Part shown: positions 62,132-64,000 of the stretch, one piece after another
Layout of the letters: each line of letters starts with the position of its first letter
Numbering within the stretch: the first letter of the stretch is position 1
NCBI GenBank assembly: GCA_963833985.1
Contig: CAWIAD010000001.1
Location: forward strand, 2,080,001 to 2,144,000
Reading direction: 5' to 3'
Source: an uncultured Planctomycetaceae bacterium
GTDB taxonomy: Bacteria; Planctomycetota; Planctomycetia; Isosphaerales; Isosphaeraceae
Length of the DNA: 64,000 nucleotides
Notes under the pieces: generated by a model
Databases searched by the model: none
What the model was told of the DNA's origin: nothing
What the model saw: only the letters and a program-made list of their open reading frames with translations
Program-made: the position numbers and the translations under genes

Positions 62132-64000
62132 TCAAGCACGACCGATCAGCCGCCGGCCCCTGGCCATCGAGAACGGATACTGACGCACCAGGAACGGCGG
62201 GCTCTTGAGGTTGACGCGAATGTCGCCGAAATTGCCCAGGCCGCCGATCGCTGCCAGTGTCGTCACGCTGCTGCGCTGACCGCGTGATCGCCCCACGGAG
62301 CCAGAGATCACGGTCCTGTGCGGCACGCCCCCCTCGAGCGTGAGCACGAGGCCGTTCCCCGATGGATCACGCGTCAAATCAAGGTACCCACCGCCGGTGA
62401 CCTTGAGCGTGACCAGATTGCCCGAGCCGTCATAGTATCTCAGCGACGTGCCCATGCCGACGAGTACCACGTAGTTCGTACCAGCCAGGCCGGCGCTGGC
62501 GCCCGCAAGCGGATTGCCCGCCAGGTCGCGCACCGGTGCAGCCCCGGTGCCCGCGACGGCGATCTGGTAAAAATGGCCGGCCAGCATGGGCGACTGCGGG
62601 GTGAGAGTGACTGTATCGCTGGCAGCGTTGTAGGCCGGCGGAGCCAGCCCGAGCTGCCAGCTTCCCGGCGCATTCGCCAGGCCGCTCGTCCCCATGTCAC
62701 AGACCTGATAGTCGGCAGGGTTTGTGGCCGAGCCTGGCTGAAGCGGCTTGCTGAAGGAAATCGTCAGGCTCGTGATGACGGTCGAGGATCCGCTCCATTG
62801 AACGTTCGTGACCAGGGGCGGAGTGAAGTCCGGGTCGGTATCATGAATACGCAGGATGGTCGTTGTTGCGGCTCCCAGAACCGCCCCGCCTGTAGGCGAG
62901 CTGATGGCGAGCGCCACGTACTCATCGTGGTTGTCGTACGGGTTGTTCAGCACGGGGACCAGGATCGTACCGGAGGTCTGACCGTTTGCGAGCAGCAACG
63001 TGCCCGCGATCGGGGTGTAGTCCAGACCGGGCGTTGCGGCCGGTCCCGAAAGCGTCTGGTAAGAGACGGTCACCGGCCCCAGGGCCCCCACCGTCCGAAC
63101 CACGGAGATGGCGGCCACACCGGCCGTCTCATTCACCGTGGTCATCGGGCTGGCGAACTGAAGCACGCCCGGCGACTGGGCCACGGCCACCGTGGCGGTC
63201 GCCTGGTTGCTCGTGAGGTCGAGATCGAACTCGTTGCCGGCGACCGTGGCCGTCCAGGAATCCTGTCCGGAGGCCATCGGCACCAGCACGATCGAGAGCT
63301 GGGCGCTGGCTCCAGCAGCCAGGCTGCCCAGCGGCACAACCATCAATCCGGGCTGGACGAACGGCTGCCCCGCCGGCAGGCCTCCGGGCGCGGTCACGGA
63401 GCGAACCTGCGAACCGTTGGCAAGCGGCAGACTCAGCACCACTCCGGTGGCCGGCGCGGGGCCGAGGTTGCTGATGCTGGCAAAGAGCGTCAGGGTCGTT
63501 CCAACCTCACCGCTGGCCTGAGCCGGCAGCAGCGCCACGGCGAGATCGTCCGAAGGCAGCACAGCAACAGAGGTCCCGGCCGAATTGTCGCTCGGATGGG
63601 GGTCGAACGCATTACCAGCGACCGACGCGGTGATCGGCAGCCCCGGTGTGGCCCCGACGGACTGAGACGGGCGGACGAGGATGGTGACCGCGGCCGACTG
63701 CCCCGCGGACAGGGAGCCGATGACCGAGGTGATCACGCCATTCAGCAGCGCGGGTGGATTGCCGACGACCGACGTCCCCGAGACGAAGGCGGTTCCGGGC
63801 GGCAGGGGAGCGCTGATGATGACGCCGGTGTCGTCGGACGGACCGGTGTTCTTGACCACGAGCGTGTAGCTCAGGTTCTGGTCCTGATGGGCCGGTGCGG
63901 ACTGGGGCACGATGGCGATGGTTAGCGCGGCCGAGGGCGCAACAGCCACGGAGGTGGTCGCCTGTGCGAGCGCCGGGTTGAGGTTTGCATTGTAGCCCTG
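62132..64000 (-). CDS. Large surface protein, C-terminal part (DUF11-like repeats, Calx-beta, Ig-like)
   Basis: YTLVVKNTGPS...DPHPSDN repeats; LQFA...VNETAG...ATPGLDY (Calx-beta); FSKPL. Frame open to the right edge. Confidence 0.8.
   Translation of the reverse strand, partial: QGYNANLNPALAQATTSVAVAPSAALTIAIVPQSAPAHQDQNLSYTLVVKNTGPSDDTGVIISAPLPPGTAFVSGTSVVGNPPALLNGVITSVIGSLSAGQSAAVTILVRPSQSVGATPGLPITASVAGNAFDPHPSDNSAGTSVAVLPSDDLAVALLPAQASGEVGTTLTLFASISNLGPAPATGVVLSLPLANGSQVRSVTAPGGLPAGQPFVQPGLMVVPLGSLAAGASAQLSIVLVPMASGQDSWTATVAGNEFDLDLTSNQATATVAVAQSPGVLQFASPMTTVNETAGVAAISVVRTVGALGPVTVSYQTLSGPAATPGLDYTPIAGTLLLANGQTSGTILVPVLNNPYDNHDEYVALAISSPTGGAVLGAATTTILRIHDTDPDFTPPLVTNVQWSGSSTVITSLTISFSKPLQPGSATNPADYQVCDMGTSGLANAPGSWQLGLAPPAYNAASDTVTLTPQSPMLAGHFYQIAVAGTGAAPVRDLAGNPLAGASAGLAGTNYVVLVGMGTSLRYYDGSGNLVTLKVTGGGYLDLTRDPSGNGLVLTLEGGVPHRTVISGSVGRSRGQRSSVTTLAAIGGLGNFGDIRVNLKSPPFLVRQYPFSMARGRRLIGRA

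Overview
GC-rich bacterial chromosomal window. The gene content points to a planctomycete, probably Isosphaeraceae-like (inference from DUF1559 prepilin-type proteins, an ECF sigma fusion, BlaI/M56 and a MoxR-vWA cluster). Left to right: the 5' part of a TPR protein gene; a complete IS4-family element (1175-2654, 16-bp TIRs, 11-bp TSD); a DUF6232-like gene; an IS701-like remnant; a MoxR/DUF58/BatA/vWA operon; a di-heme RoxA-like cytochrome c; an S46 peptidase; a cobalamin riboswitch ahead of a small lipoprotein and a DUF1559 gene; a kdp locus with a stand-alone KdpD N-terminal module, two micro-peptides, an AlgB/KinB-like two-component pair and a sigma54 promoter; a TPR/GT-C membrane protein; a second DUF1559; PQQ-like, HNH and FHA-GGDEF genes; an unexplained structured RNA candidate; ArsR, thrC, dapB and a UDP-glucuronate decarboxylase; a CusA-type RND pump; BlaR1/BlaI with a 7x14-aa repeat; a PL11 lyase and DUF2961; a non-autonomous Tn3-family transposon (55698-60378, 40-bp TIRs, 5-bp TSD) carrying an ECF sigma/RND-adaptor fusion; tRNA-Pro(GGG); pyrF; and the 3' part of a DUF11/Calx-beta surface protein. 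About nine genes carry single frameshifts, mostly at GCGC, which probably reflects sequencing error. Family names come from recognising motifs by eye; no database searches were run.
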